From assembly GCA_964619725.1 (NCBI GenBank), contig CAZUFC010000001.1, positions 64,001 to 128,000 of the forward strand: 64,000 nt of DNA, given 5' to 3'. Made by a program: the position numbers and the translations under genes. The stretch comes from an uncultured bacterium (GTDB lineage Bacteria; CSSED10-310; CAZUFC01). Positions 18,767 to 29,070 of the stretch are shown in pieces. The notes beneath the pieces are model-generated. The model did not search any database, was not told the origin of the DNA, and worked only from the letters and a program-made list of their open reading frames with translations. Each line of letters begins with the position of its first letter. Positions within the stretch are counted from its first letter, which is position 1.

Positions 18767-21220
18767 ATGACCGGCTGGAGAGCAGCCAGGAAACGTCGGC
18801 CTATGCAATATGAAAAGGCAAAAGATAAAATCCCGGCCGGGCAATATGCCGTCGGACTTTTTTTCCTTCTGATCGTCATCATTATAATCTGTTTCTACCA
18901 GGTCAACGACATGGATTACTGGCTCCATCTCGCCAACGGCCGTTACATCCTTGAACATCACGATATCCCCCTCAAAGATATATTCTCCTATACCGCTTAC
19001 GGACACGAATGGGTCAATCATGCCTGGCTGAGCGGCGTCGTTTTTTATCTCGTATATGAGCTCGGAGGACCCTGCCTTCAAGTCGTTTTTCGCATCATTC
19101 TGATGATGCTTACTTTCTATTTCCTGTTCACGGCTTTGTCTCGGCTGAAAGTTCATCCTGTCATATCCTTCACATTTCTGGGGATTGGACTCTCAGTCAT
19201 GCGTTTTCATATCCTGGACCGTCCCCAACTGTTTTCATATTTATTTTCAGCCCTGTTTCTTTTCATAATAACGAACCACATTCTTTTCCGGTCTAAATTG
19301 ATACTGCTGATTCCCCTCCAGGCGCTGTGGGCGAACATGCATTCCGCCTGTCTTCTGGGCCTGATTATTTTTGCATTTTTCTTCGCCGGGCAGGTCATTC
19401 AAAACTTTATCCGTAAACAAATCAAATACCCCTCGTCTTATTATGAAAAAATAACGCTGCTTTTCTTCGCCCTGTTCCTGGCAACCCTGGTCAATCCCAA
19501 CACGTACAAATTATTCCTGTATCCTTTCAACATGTTTGAAATTCAAACCGTGTCCAACATATCTGAATGGAAAAACACTTTTAATGAAAGCGGTTTCGGC
19601 TTATTCTGGGGATTTGCCGTCGTTTATCTGTTCATGCTGGCCGCATCGCTCTTCCGCATTCACCCCTTTTATACTCTTATCAGCCTTTTTTCATTCTTTT
19701 CAGCCGTCAAATATGTCCGCAATGTTGAACTTTTCGGGCTGTTCGGTTCTTTTTTCACGGCCTGTTCAGTTCAAATGCTGCTCGACGTTTATTCAACAAA
19801 ACTGTCCTCCTTCCTTCGAAAGGCGAACAAGTATGCGCTTTCGGCCATATGCATAATAATTCTTTTTCTCCTTATCGATCTTAACTTTTTCAGTCCTTTC
19901 AGGCAGCACGCCATTCTTTTCAAACCGGGATGCGGGACTAATCATCAACTCTTTCCGGAAGAAATCATGCGATTCATGAAAAAAAATGAAATTGAAGGGA
20001 GAATATACAGCGACAGTAATCTCAGTTCTTACCTGACTTTTCACTGGTTTCCCGGCAAGCGGATATTCACCGACGGCAGGGCTGAAGTTTTTTATGAATT
20101 GCACAAGCGTATACAGAATCGTCCCTTTGGGGATGCCATGGACCGGTACGAAGTGGATTGCGTTATGCTTGATTTTCGTACGAGAATACAGCCTGTCGTG
20201 ATGGAATTGAATTACCGTCAGGACGAATGGGCGCTGGTTTTGTATAACGACCGGACAGCTCTCTATCTGCGTCGGATTCCACGCTATGCGGACATTATCG
20301 TCCGTTATGAATATAAAATTCTTTATCCGACCATAAACATCCGTCAGATAGAACCGGAACGCCGTACCCAGGCTATCGATGAACTGGAAAATCCGCTCCA
20401 CAATACGGAAAAGTCCTATTACAAACTTTTTCAACTGGGCTGTCTCTATTTACTGGAAAACTCATTAGACAAAGCTGAAAGATCATTATTGCAATCCATA
20501 GCGATTTATGATGAAGACTCTCTTGCTTTTTCAACTCTCGCTAACGTTTACTTTCATAAAGGAGAGACGACCAGGGCTCTGCGGTATGCGAAACGTTCCT
20601 TTAAAGCGCTGGCTCAAAACGAAGACAGCTACCTTCAACTGGCATTCATTAACCGCCGGTTAAACAATTATGATCGGGCGATAGAGATGTTCCGGGAGTT
20701 CCTGGAATTTCAGCCGGACAACATTAATGTCATGGATATGCTGATAGGGACGTTATATGAAGCCGGGCGGGAAGAAGAGGCAAAAATGGAAATCAGTCAG
20801 AAGGAAGTGACGGTCCTGATGCAATCAGAGGAGCATCTGAAAATAGCGAGAGAATTCAGGAATACTGATATTGTGAGGTCCATAGGGGCTTATGAGATGG
20901 TTCATCGGCTTTCTCCGGACAATGACGCCGCGACCTTGGAATATGCTGATGCGCTTCTGGACCTGGGCCTGGACGACCGGGCGTCTCAATTGCTGACGGA
21001 AGTAAAGGAACAAGGAGCTGTGGAAGAGCATCCATTTTATTATTTCGTGGAAGGACGCCTTCATTTTCAGGCTGATGAGCCGTCAAAAGCGGCGGCTTCA
21101 TTGAAGCAATATATGAACTTGACGGAAACTCAACCGAACGACCCATATCGAAAAACAGCCGGAATGATGCTGGACAGGTTATTGTCTGAAGAACAAAGAA
21201 GGCAGCTCAATACCCCGTAA
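18767..21220 (+). CDS. Polytopic membrane protein (GT-C glycosyltransferase-like) with C-terminal TPR repeats
   Basis: Many TM segments; 'DYWLHLANGRYI...DIFSYT...WVNHAWL', 'LWANMHS', 'FTDGRAE'; TPR-like helices in the last ~280 aa. Confidence 0.6.
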   Translation: MTGWRAARKRRPMQYEKAKDKIPAGQYAVGLFFLLIVIIIICFYQVNDMDYWLHLANGRYILEHHDIPLKDIFSYTAYGHEWVNHAWLSGVVFYLVYELGGPCLQVVFRIILMMLTFYFLFTALSRLKVHPVISFTFLGIGLSVMRFHILDRPQLFSYLFSALFLFIITNHILFRSKLILLIPLQALWANMHSACLLGLIIFAFFFAGQVIQNFIRKQIKYPSSYYEKITLLFFALFLATLVNPNTYKLFLYPFNMFEIQTVSNISEWKNTFNESGFGLFWGFAVVYLFMLAASLFRIHPFYTLISLFSFFSAVKYVRNVELFGLFGSFFTACSVQMLLDVYSTKLSSFLRKANKYALSAICIIILFLLIDLNFFSPFRQHAILFKPGCGTNHQLFPEEIMRFMKKNEIEGRIYSDSNLSSYLTFHWFPGKRIFTDGRAEVFYELHKRIQNRPFGDAMDRYEVDCVMLDFRTRIQPVVMELNYRQDEWALVLYNDRTALYLRRIPRYADIIVRYEYKILYPTINIRQIEPERRTQAIDELENPLHNTEKSYYKLFQLGCLYLLENSLDKAERSLLQSIAIYDEDSLAFSTLANVYFHKGETTRALRYAKRSFKALAQNEDSYLQLAFINRRLNNYDRAIEMFREFLEFQPDNINVMDMLIGTLYEAGREEEAKMEISQKEVTVLMQSEEHLKIAREFRNTDIVRSIGAYEMVHRLSPDNDAATLEYADALLDLGLDDRASQLLTEVKEQGAVEEHPFYYFVEGRLHFQADEPSKAAASLKQYMNLTETQPNDPYRKTAGMMLDRLLSEEQRRQLNTP

Positions 21221-23402
21221 AGTGATCCGAGGACGAGTTTTTCTTTTTGAATGGATGGAGGGGTTCCAGGCTGGAAATATTATCTTCACAGGTTGCGGAG
21301 GTCGATGTTCCTGACCCGTGGCATGGGCCGCATGCGAAGACGTTGTGATAAGGTCTGTAGTATTCGAGATAAGTTCCCCAGGCGCTTCCCGAAGCATCAT
21401 AGCTGCTTGCGGGAGGCGGATCGGGGTCATCATGACACAAGGAACCTCCGCACATGTCCCCTGTATTGTTTCTGAACACGGCGCCTACGCTGTTCATTTT
21501 GTTTGCGTACTGTGAAGTTACCCAGGGGTATCCTCCGGCGGCAGTATCCTCAATGACGTAACTGAATCCGTAACCGTTTCTTTCTACCAGAACGCCGTCC
21601 CTGATCATCGCCTCATTCGTCGAGCCGTGCGTTCCGGAAGCGCCGTGAACATTATGACAGGAGGTGCATGTCGTCATGGTGTCTCTGCCGTTCTGCCCTC
21701 CGGGACCCGATGTATTAACGTCCCAATCCGAGTCTGCAAACGGTCCCACATAGTTCAATATGTGCGCCACGTGTTCGTTCGTCGATTCCCCGCTGCCCCA
21801 GGCATAGGAATAATTGCGGGGCGGATTCGGCGGCGTGGCTTTGAAATTCGTTTTAAGTCCGTTTCCGGGAATATTATCGAAAACATTGTCCGAAAGGTGG
21901 CATTCAAAGCATAATCTGAAGGCTGTTTCTTTCATCAACTGAGCATCATAACCGAATGTTATGTAGTAATTGGAAGGTATCATCAGCGGCGCTTCGCCCG
22001 AAATTTCCCGCAGCCTGTAACCGTCGGCGTATGCCCTGCCGGATTCAGCAGGAGCGTAATAGTTGGAATTAAATGAATATGTATCGGGTTCTCCGTCGAT
22101 GTGAGTCTTATTTACGTCATGGCAATCAACGCATGTAATGAAGCCGTGCCGGCCCCCATGCCCGCTTACGAAGTATCCCCAGGTTGAATTGTCGCCTGCC
22201 GCAGGCGGCGCGCTTACTCCCTGTATCGTGGAATTTCCCGTGTCATGACATCCCTGGCAACTGACCTGCGACCCGCTAGACCAATTCGTTTTTCCCTCCG
22301 TCACTCCGTCAAACGGTCCGTCAGGACTGTGACAATCATCGCAAACCATTGTTTCTTCCAGCGTTTCCGCCGCACCCGGCTCGCCGAATAACGGGTAATT
22401 ATCGATATCGTGGCAGGCCCCGCAGGTCAACGGAGGATTAGGCCCCCTGCTGTTGAGGACAGTGTGTACCGCATGAGCTCCGGAATGTCCGTGACAATCC
22501 GCACAATCATCGCCGTCGCCGCCGTGTAAAAAATTCGCCCTGTGACTGTGGCAACGGATGCAATCCTCACCGCTGTAATGCTCGCCCGATTCTCCTCCAG
22601 CCGTCCAGTAATGAGTCAAACTGTGACATACCTGGCATACCCCGTCAGGCGTCGAATCGTCTCCGGAACTCAAACCGTCGTTATGAGCAAACTGTCCCGG
22701 ATTAAATAATTTTACATCTCTTGCTCCGCCGTATCCCGTCACTGTCGATTTCAACATCTGTCCGTAAATCAGTCCGAATCCGTCTTCCCAATTCAGATCA
22801 TTTAAATAGGATGGTATCTCATCCACGTTTCCCTGAACCGTAATGTAATCTGAACCAGCTTCCAGAACTTCAAAAGTGACGTCAGGATCGTCCGTGTCCG
22901 CCACGAAAATAAGTCCCCGTCCCGGACCGTTCTTCTCGCTCCAATCGCCCGGATCGCTCCAATCCGGGTCGTGCACGGTATAATTCTGAATGGAAAAAGT
23001 AGTCGTGTAATTTCCCGGATGCCCCGTGAATCCGTAATAAACGCCTGTGACCAAATATAAGTCGGACACGCCCCAGGAAAGTTGGTCCTGCGAATGAGCA
23101 TCATGACAATCAACGCAATCACGCGACCAACCGCCAAAATTATCGCTCTCATGCCGGCTTACTTCCGGCGCGGTCACATCATCATGACAACTGAAACAAT
23201 CTACATCCTCACGACTGTATTTCCCCTCTTCTCTGCCCTGACCCTTATGCCCATGACAATCCACGCATCCGATCCCGCTGGTCTGATTATGGGGCGCATC
23301 GATGCTTAAAACGGAGTTCGTCACGGTCAACGCCGCCGACAAACTCAATAAAATTAAATATAACCGACTTCCTGATCCTCGTTTCACATGAAAAAAATTC
23401 AA
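21207..23402 (-). CDS. Secreted multiheme c-type cytochrome (13 CxxCH plus one CX4CH)
   Basis: CVDCH x3, CFSCH, CQVCH, CIRCH, CADCH, CGACH, CDDCH, CQGCH, CFECH, CTSCH, CGPCH and CGGSLCH; N-terminal hydrophobic signal. Confidence 0.88.
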   Translation of the reverse strand: MNFFHVKRGSGSRLYLILLSLSAALTVTNSVLSIDAPHNQTSGIGCVDCHGHKGQGREEGKYSREDVDCFSCHDDVTAPEVSRHESDNFGGWSRDCVDCHDAHSQDQLSWGVSDLYLVTGVYYGFTGHPGNYTTTFSIQNYTVHDPDWSDPGDWSEKNGPGRGLIFVADTDDPDVTFEVLEAGSDYITVQGNVDEIPSYLNDLNWEDGFGLIYGQMLKSTVTGYGGARDVKLFNPGQFAHNDGLSSGDDSTPDGVCQVCHSLTHYWTAGGESGEHYSGEDCIRCHSHRANFLHGGDGDDCADCHGHSGAHAVHTVLNSRGPNPPLTCGACHDIDNYPLFGEPGAAETLEETMVCDDCHSPDGPFDGVTEGKTNWSSGSQVSCQGCHDTGNSTIQGVSAPPAAGDNSTWGYFVSGHGGRHGFITCVDCHDVNKTHIDGEPDTYSFNSNYYAPAESGRAYADGYRLREISGEAPLMIPSNYYITFGYDAQLMKETAFRLCFECHLSDNVFDNIPGNGLKTNFKATPPNPPRNYSYAWGSGESTNEHVAHILNYVGPFADSDWDVNTSGPGGQNGRDTMTTCTSCHNVHGASGTHGSTNEAMIRDGVLVERNGYGFSYVIEDTAAGGYPWVTSQYANKMNSVGAVFRNNTGDMCGGSLCHDDPDPPPASSYDASGSAWGTYLEYYRPYHNVFACGPCHGSGTSTSATCEDNISSLEPLHPFKKKNSSSDHFTGY

Positions 23403-23504
23403 AATCCCCGCCCTGCCTGTTATGCCTGAACTGTTGCCGTTTCACTCTAACATTCTGGTCGCAATTTCTCCTTCAAAATTCTCAGAATGAACTTACTATA
23501 ACCA

Positions 23505-23532
23505 GTTATAAGAGAATAATCCAGGAAGTCAA
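23505..23532 (-). promoter_or_regulatory. Putative sigma70-type promoter for the cytochrome gene
   Basis: Minus strand TTGACT-N16-TATAAC about 100 nt upstream of 23402. Confidence 0.4.
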
Positions 23533-23731
23533 TTTTCAAGAGAGTTTCTTTCTGATCAAAAATGCGTCTTCCGAGGCTGCCTTTCTGAAGACTATCCGAT
23601 GATTTTTAATGGAGCTTCAAGAACAGATGTGACGACTGTGACTTATAAGAAGAACAAGCCCCCGATCCTCAAATGCTGAAATTTCGACTCCCTCTCGTTT
23701 CAGTATAATCTTTCTGATTTATCCCCGCGAA

Positions 23732-24706
23732 CTACAGGTATTCGCTGAGCGAAGATTCGATCACTCCTTTCAACAACCTTATTTTATAGGCGTTTTCGCT
23801 GAGCGGCGAAGCGTTTTTTACTGCTGCGTCGGCGGCTTTTTTGATAAGGCTTTCGCTCAATTTTTCACCTGTTATTGTTTGTTCGATTTCTTTCGATACC
23901 CAGGGAACGGGAGCCACTCCGCTCAAGACGGCTTTCGCATTTTTAACATTTTTATCGTCATCGAGCGTTATGGACAGCGCTATGCCGGACAGAGCGAAAT
24001 CCCAGGAACGTCTGGCCCTGATTTTTTTGTAGGAACTTTTTCGGCCTTTTTCCGGTGAAGGCAGCACAATCTCGGTAACCATTTCATCAGCATCCAGGAT
24101 GGTTTCTTTTTGAACGTCAACTTCCGGCGAAACGAAAAATTCATCTATGGGTACGCTTCTTTTTCCGTTTTTCCCGGCGATTTTAACGACTGCATCAAGA
24201 GCGACCAGCGCGGTGCAGGGATCGGAAGGATGAACGATATAGCACATGTTTCCGCCCAGTATGCAGTGATAGGCATTCTTACCGTTGATTGCGAAACAGG
24301 TGTCGCCTCCTTTTCTCAAACAATGGAATTCACCGCGGTAATACCAGCATCGGGGTTTCTGGCAGATATTGCCGCCTATGGTTCCCTGATTGCGCAGTTG
24401 AGGCGAAGCCGCCGCTGCAGCAGCCTGGGCCAGGGCCGTATAATGTTCCAGGATAAGAGGATTTTCAGCGATTTCCGTCAGAGTGACCAGAGCGCCCAGT
24501 CTCAGGCCTTTATCGTTCGTTCTGCTGATGCCTTTCAGAGAATCGATATTGCTTATGCTCAACAGGCGTTCTGCCTGAAATACGTCATCTCGAAGACAAC
24601 CCAGCAAGTCAGTTCCCCCGGCATGAATATGCATATCTTTTGAGGATAACAGATTTATCGCATCTTTAACCGATTCGGCTCTTGCGTATTTGAAAGCGGG
24701 AAACAT
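23732..24706 (-). CDS. paoB: Xanthine dehydrogenase family FAD subunit with 4Fe-4S insert (PaoB/YagS-like)
   Basis: 'AGGTDLL', 'ASPQLRNQGTIGGNICQKPRCWYYR', Cys-rich insert, 'HPSD'. Confidence 0.85.
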   Translation of the reverse strand: MFPAFKYARAESVKDAINLLSSKDMHIHAGGTDLLGCLRDDVFQAERLLSISNIDSLKGISRTNDKGLRLGALVTLTEIAENPLILEHYTALAQAAAAAASPQLRNQGTIGGNICQKPRCWYYRGEFHCLRKGGDTCFAINGKNAYHCILGGNMCYIVHPSDPCTALVALDAVVKIAGKNGKRSVPIDEFFVSPEVDVQKETILDADEMVTEIVLPSPEKGRKSSYKKIRARRSWDFALSGIALSITLDDDKNVKNAKAVLSGVAPVPWVSKEIEQTITGEKLSESLIKKAADAAVKNASPLSENAYKIRLLKGVIESSLSEYL

Positions 24707-24708
24707 GA

Positions 24709-27036
24709 TTAACCCTCCTTCCTTTGAGTATCCAGAAGCCGGTTCAGAGATACGGGATTAGCAGGCGTTCCGGTTATTTTTATTCCGACAGCATGGTATA
24801 TCGCATTGGCTATAGCGGCTGCAGTGGGAATAGTGACCGGTTCTCCCAATCCTTTCGCACCCGTGGTATTAGCTTTATCATCCGGTTTTTCGATGGGGAC
24901 CGAAATCATATCGGCCGGAACGTCCAGGGCCGTCGGCAATTTATAATCATGCCAGTTTTTCGTCACCAGCTTCCCGGTCTGCCCTGTATCAATAACTCTC
25001 TCTTCCGTCATGCCCAATCCTATCCCCATAGTAATGCCGCCGTATACCTGACTGTCGAAAGTCAACCTGTTCATGACCCTTCCGCTTTCATGCGCCCCCA
25101 CGAACCGCAAAACTTCTATCTCGCCGGTCTTCATGTTGACGGCGACTTCGCAGAACTGAGCCGCAAAGGGATTGATGGTTACTCCGCTCGGATTCGGACA
25201 GCGGTAACCGGTTCCAATCAGAACGCCCCGCTTTTTCAAACCGGAGATGTCCGTAATTTTTATGCTGTTGGATTCGTCGTTCCGGGATACGATGACGTCT
25301 CCTTCGAATCGAAGGTTTTCAACATCCTCTTCCAGGTCTTCCGCTGCGAACTTCAGCAATTGTCTTTTGACCGCTATTGCTGCAGCTCTTACCGCCGGCG
25401 CTTCAGTGGGAACCGTTTTGCTTCCGCCGCTGGGCGTCGCAAACTGTGTCGTCCCCGTATCCGCATGCTCAATCTGTATCATCTCCGGTCTTACTCCCAG
25501 CTCCTCCGCTGCTGTCATCGCCATAACGGTTTTCGTGCCCGTCCCTATGTCGCTCGCCCCCATGTTCAAATTAACGCTTCCATCAGAAAATAACTTTATA
25601 ACTATGGTTGACGGCGGTCCTCCGTCTCCGACGATCCACAAGCAGGCGCCCATTCCTGCGCCTTTACGGATAATCTCGTTTTTCCCGTTCCATTCTTCCG
25701 CTTCCTGCCTCGATTTCCGCCACTCGAATGCCGCTGCCCCCTGGGTTATGCATTCCCGCAGCCCGTCAGACGTGTAAGGAGGATTGCCCATTCTGGCTTG
25801 ACTATACTCCGGTATATTCTTGAGTCTTATCTCAACCGGGTCCGCGCCTATGGCCTCTGCCAGCGCATCCATCATCTGTTCCAACGCCCAGGCTCCCTGA
25901 GGATGTCCGGGCGCCCGAAAAGGTCTTGCAGGTCCGGCATTAATGAAAACATCCGTCGCCTCTGTCCTGACGTTCGGGCACTTATACAGGTCCCTCACCA
26001 GCCAGTCCACCAGCGACGTCCCGCCCGCGGGATAAACCCCGCCCGTACCTGTGCATGAAAATTCCAGAGCCGTCAGAGTCCCATCATTTTTTACCCCGGC
26101 TTTTAATTTCATATTGCTCGGCGGACGATTTCCCGTCACAAGATAAGTCTCTTCACGGGATAAAAACAGTTTCACCGGACAAGCCGTACGGGAAGACAAA
26201 AGAGAAGCTATAATCGTGTATTTGCCGGCCTGCAGCTTACTGCCGAATCCGCCGCCCATGTAATTGCCGATTACTCTCACGCGGGACATCGGCAATCCCA
26301 AAACCTGAGACAACTTTGACTGAACCGCATATACACCCTGCGTCGATTCCCATACCGTCAACCGGGAACCGTCCCAGGACGCCACGCACCCATGACGCTC
26401 CAATGGCGTATGCAACTCGCACTCCGTCCTGTATTCCTCTTCCAGGACCACATCCGCTTCGCCGAAACCCTTCTTAATATCCCCCCGTTCATATATTACC
26501 GGCTCGCTTACCAGGTTGCCCTCCTTATGCACCAACGGACTCTGCTTTTCCAGGGCCTTCCTTTCGTCACTCACAAAAGGCAACTCTTCATATTCCACTT
26601 TTATCTTCCTTAGAGCATCTGCAGCCTGATAAGGCGTCTCGGCCGCTACCGCCGCCACAGCTTCTCCTTCAAAACGACAGTGTGGATTAAATATTTTCGA
26701 TTCCGCAGAACCGTAAGTCCACTTTAAATTCGCGCCCTTCGTCTTGCCGCTGATTACGGCATGCACGCCCGGAAGCTTCTCAGCCTCTTTTACATCAACC
26801 TTCTTTACCCTGGCATGAGGATACGGACACCGTAATATCGCTCCGTAAAGCATCCGGGGCAACAATACATCCGACGGATACATCGCTGTTCCGGTTACTC
26901 GCTCATACGCATCAACACGGGGATCAGAACGTCCCACCACGTTGGTCCTGCCCCAGGCTTTCGGCTCCTCTCCGCTTTCAGGCGTTTCGGGTATAGGAAC
27001 ATCATCTTTATAATACAATCCTTCGTCTTTGTTCAT
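24709..27036 (-). CDS. paoC: Xanthine dehydrogenase family molybdopterin-binding subunit (PaoC/YagR-like)
   Basis: 'GGGFGSK', 'FRAPG', 'DIGTG', 'GGITMGIG', 'GAKGLGE'. Confidence 0.88.
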   Translation of the reverse strand: MNKDEGLYYKDDVPIPETPESGEEPKAWGRTNVVGRSDPRVDAYERVTGTAMYPSDVLLPRMLYGAILRCPYPHARVKKVDVKEAEKLPGVHAVISGKTKGANLKWTYGSAESKIFNPHCRFEGEAVAAVAAETPYQAADALRKIKVEYEELPFVSDERKALEKQSPLVHKEGNLVSEPVIYERGDIKKGFGEADVVLEEEYRTECELHTPLERHGCVASWDGSRLTVWESTQGVYAVQSKLSQVLGLPMSRVRVIGNYMGGGFGSKLQAGKYTIIASLLSSRTACPVKLFLSREETYLVTGNRPPSNMKLKAGVKNDGTLTALEFSCTGTGGVYPAGGTSLVDWLVRDLYKCPNVRTEATDVFINAGPARPFRAPGHPQGAWALEQMMDALAEAIGADPVEIRLKNIPEYSQARMGNPPYTSDGLRECITQGAAAFEWRKSRQEAEEWNGKNEIIRKGAGMGACLWIVGDGGPPSTIVIKLFSDGSVNLNMGASDIGTGTKTVMAMTAAEELGVRPEMIQIEHADTGTTQFATPSGGSKTVPTEAPAVRAAAIAVKRQLLKFAAEDLEEDVENLRFEGDVIVSRNDESNSIKITDISGLKKRGVLIGTGYRCPNPSGVTINPFAAQFCEVAVNMKTGEIEVLRFVGAHESGRVMNRLTFDSQVYGGITMGIGLGMTEERVIDTGQTGKLVTKNWHDYKLPTALDVPADMISVPIEKPDDKANTTGAKGLGEPVTIPTAAAIANAIYHAVGIKITGTPANPVSLNRLLDTQRKEG

Positions 27037-27668
27037 TATTTACCTCCCCCTTTACGCCTGAACTCCGCCGCCCGACTCACGGCCTCGAAAATATTCTTGT
27101 AAGCCCCGCAACGACACAGATTGCCGCTGTCGCCTGTCATTATCTCCTCCATCGTCGGATCGGAATTCTTCCTCAACAGTCCCTCCGCCGCCATTACATG
27201 TCCGGGAGTGCAATATCCGCATTGAAACGCATCCGACTCCATAAATGCCTTCTGCACCGGTCCGGGATTCTCGCCATCCATTAACCCTTCAATCGTGGTG
27301 ATCTCCTTGCCCTCAGCCTCCAACGCCAACGTCATGCATGAATAACGCGGCTTGTCGTCGATTAATACCGTGCATGCCCCGCATTCGCCCCGCTCACATC
27401 CCGGCTTCGGCCCCGTTAATCCCAGCTTCTCCCGCAATACAAACAGCAACGTCCATCGCGGCTCGACCAAAAGTCGATACTCCTCACCGTTTACACGTAA
27501 TCTCACCGGCACATTCTCCTCTTCCGCCGGACCCTCCTTCGTCTTTCCCTGCGCTCTGACCCGTATGAACGTCGCTGCCGCCGCTCCCGCTCCCACTGTC
27601 TTTATGAAATTACGCCGCGACATCCCTCCTTTTACCTTACCTTCACTCCTGCTCTCCTTTTCCTCCAT
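27036..27668 (-). CDS. paoA: Two-[2Fe-2S] subunit with Tat signal (PaoA/YagT-like)
   Basis: 'SRRNFIK' twin-Arg motif; 'GCERGECGACTV', 'QCGYCTPG', 'NLCRCG'. Confidence 0.88.
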   Translation of the reverse strand: MEEKESRSEGKVKGGMSRRNFIKTVGAGAAAATFIRVRAQGKTKEGPAEEENVPVRLRVNGEEYRLLVEPRWTLLFVLREKLGLTGPKPGCERGECGACTVLIDDKPRYSCMTLALEAEGKEITTIEGLMDGENPGPVQKAFMESDAFQCGYCTPGHVMAAEGLLRKNSDPTMEEIMTGDSGNLCRCGAYKNIFEAVSRAAEFRRKGGGK

Positions 27669-28168
27669 GGATTATTCTCCTCTCGTTTAAATTGTCAGCC
27701 TCTAATAGATATAAACCCATTCTCTGTTCGACACAGGCGCCGAACTTTTGCCAATCCCGTTAATCATTGTAATTATCAAAAATGTATGACCAAGTCAAAA
27801 CTCCGTCCGAAAAAGACGGCAGTTTCAGTTGTGTTCTCCTGATTGATTTATGTGGTCGCTAAGGTTATATTCTGCGTGGATGACTGAGCGTACAAGTTCC
27901 GCCGAAGCCGAACTCAAAGTCAATGTTTGATTGATTGTTGTGTTTACGTAAAGCATTTCGCAATTTCTTATGACGCCGACTGAATAATAATTTTCATACC
28001 CTAATAATTGACTTCGCATCACGATTCAGTTAATTACTTGTGCTGACGGACGTTTTCTGTCTTGATTGAGGTTGAACGCTTCCCTTATAGATATGACCGG
28101 TTTCCGGCCGTCTAATCTGGAAAATTTATTACTGCTGACAAAAATATGAAAATGAATCTCAGGGGCAA

Positions 28169-29005
28169 ATGAGAATAACGGAAATAAATACGGAGAGAGG
28201 GCTGGCGCCCAGCGGCATAGAAATCGCCGATTATGTGGTCAATCCTTACCGGGGTTGCGAATTCGGCTGCCTTTACTGTTATGTCAGAAAAAATAAAATC
28301 GCGCAAAGAGCCAAAGAAAACTGGGGCGAATTCGTCGACGTTAAAGTAAACATTCCTGAACTCATTCAAAAAGACATCAGGTCCAAAAAACCTTCCAGAA
28401 TCCTCGTCGGCTCCATCACAGACCCTTACCAGCCTCTAGAACTGAAATATCAGCTCACCCGCCGCTCGCTCCTCGCCGCCGTCGAACATCAAATCCCCGT
28501 AACGTTACTCACCCGCTCCAGCCACATCCTGCGCGATCTGGATATACTGAAAAAAATACCCGGCATGAGCGTTTATTTCACGATCAACTGGCCTGAAGTC
28601 CGAAAACTCCGGATATTCGAACCCAGGTCCTTTACCTTCACAGAACGCCTGAAAACAATCGAAATCCTTTCTCAAAACGGCATCGGCGCCGTCCCCAACG
28701 TCAGTCCCCTTTTCCCGGGACTCTTCAACCTCCAAACCTATTTCAAAAGTCTCGCTCCCCTCGTCGATGCTCTCAGCTTTGAAAGCTTGAATCTGAAAGT
28801 CATGACGGGAAATGAAATAGATAAGCTGTCGGCAAAGCATTTTCCTGCCGAACGACGGCTTTTTCAACGGGTCTATTCATGCAGGCGATCTTTTGATGAA
28901 TACTGGAATTCCGTCAAACGGCAGATCATCGCTATGAACGAAAGCTATGGATTGAATATTGAATTCCGGTTCCACAGCTTCGATTCCTATTTCGGTCGAG
29001 ACTGA
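28169..29005 (+). CDS. Radical SAM protein, SplB/Rv2578c-like
   Basis: 'NPYRGCEFGCLYCY' CxxxCxxC; 'TDPYQPLE'. Confidence 0.85.
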   Translation: MRITEINTERGLAPSGIEIADYVVNPYRGCEFGCLYCYVRKNKIAQRAKENWGEFVDVKVNIPELIQKDIRSKKPSRILVGSITDPYQPLELKYQLTRRSLLAAVEHQIPVTLLTRSSHILRDLDILKKIPGMSVYFTINWPEVRKLRIFEPRSFTFTERLKTIEILSQNGIGAVPNVSPLFPGLFNLQTYFKSLAPLVDALSFESLNLKVMTGNEIDKLSAKHFPAERRLFQRVYSCRRSFDEYWNSVKRQIIAMNESYGLNIEFRFHSFDSYFGRD

Positions 29006-29070
29006 AACGGTTCATCCGGGCGGAAATTTTTTGATGATGATGATCATGATCATGATGATGACACGGGACT

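Noticed and set aside
24724-25593. 289-aa + strand ORF, and similar long ORFs at 50964-51884, 57922-58818 and 19793-20434
   Set aside because: They lie wholly antisense to well-supported genes and show no recognisable motifs.
27825-28100. Small ORF or ncRNA in the AT-rich gap upstream of the pao-like operon
   Set aside because: No RBS-supported ORF, recognisable RNA motif or repeat match.
29032-29061. gat/gatcat microsatellite as a phase-variation site
   Set aside because: Short, imperfect, and between convergent gene ends where slippage would not alter a frame or promoter.
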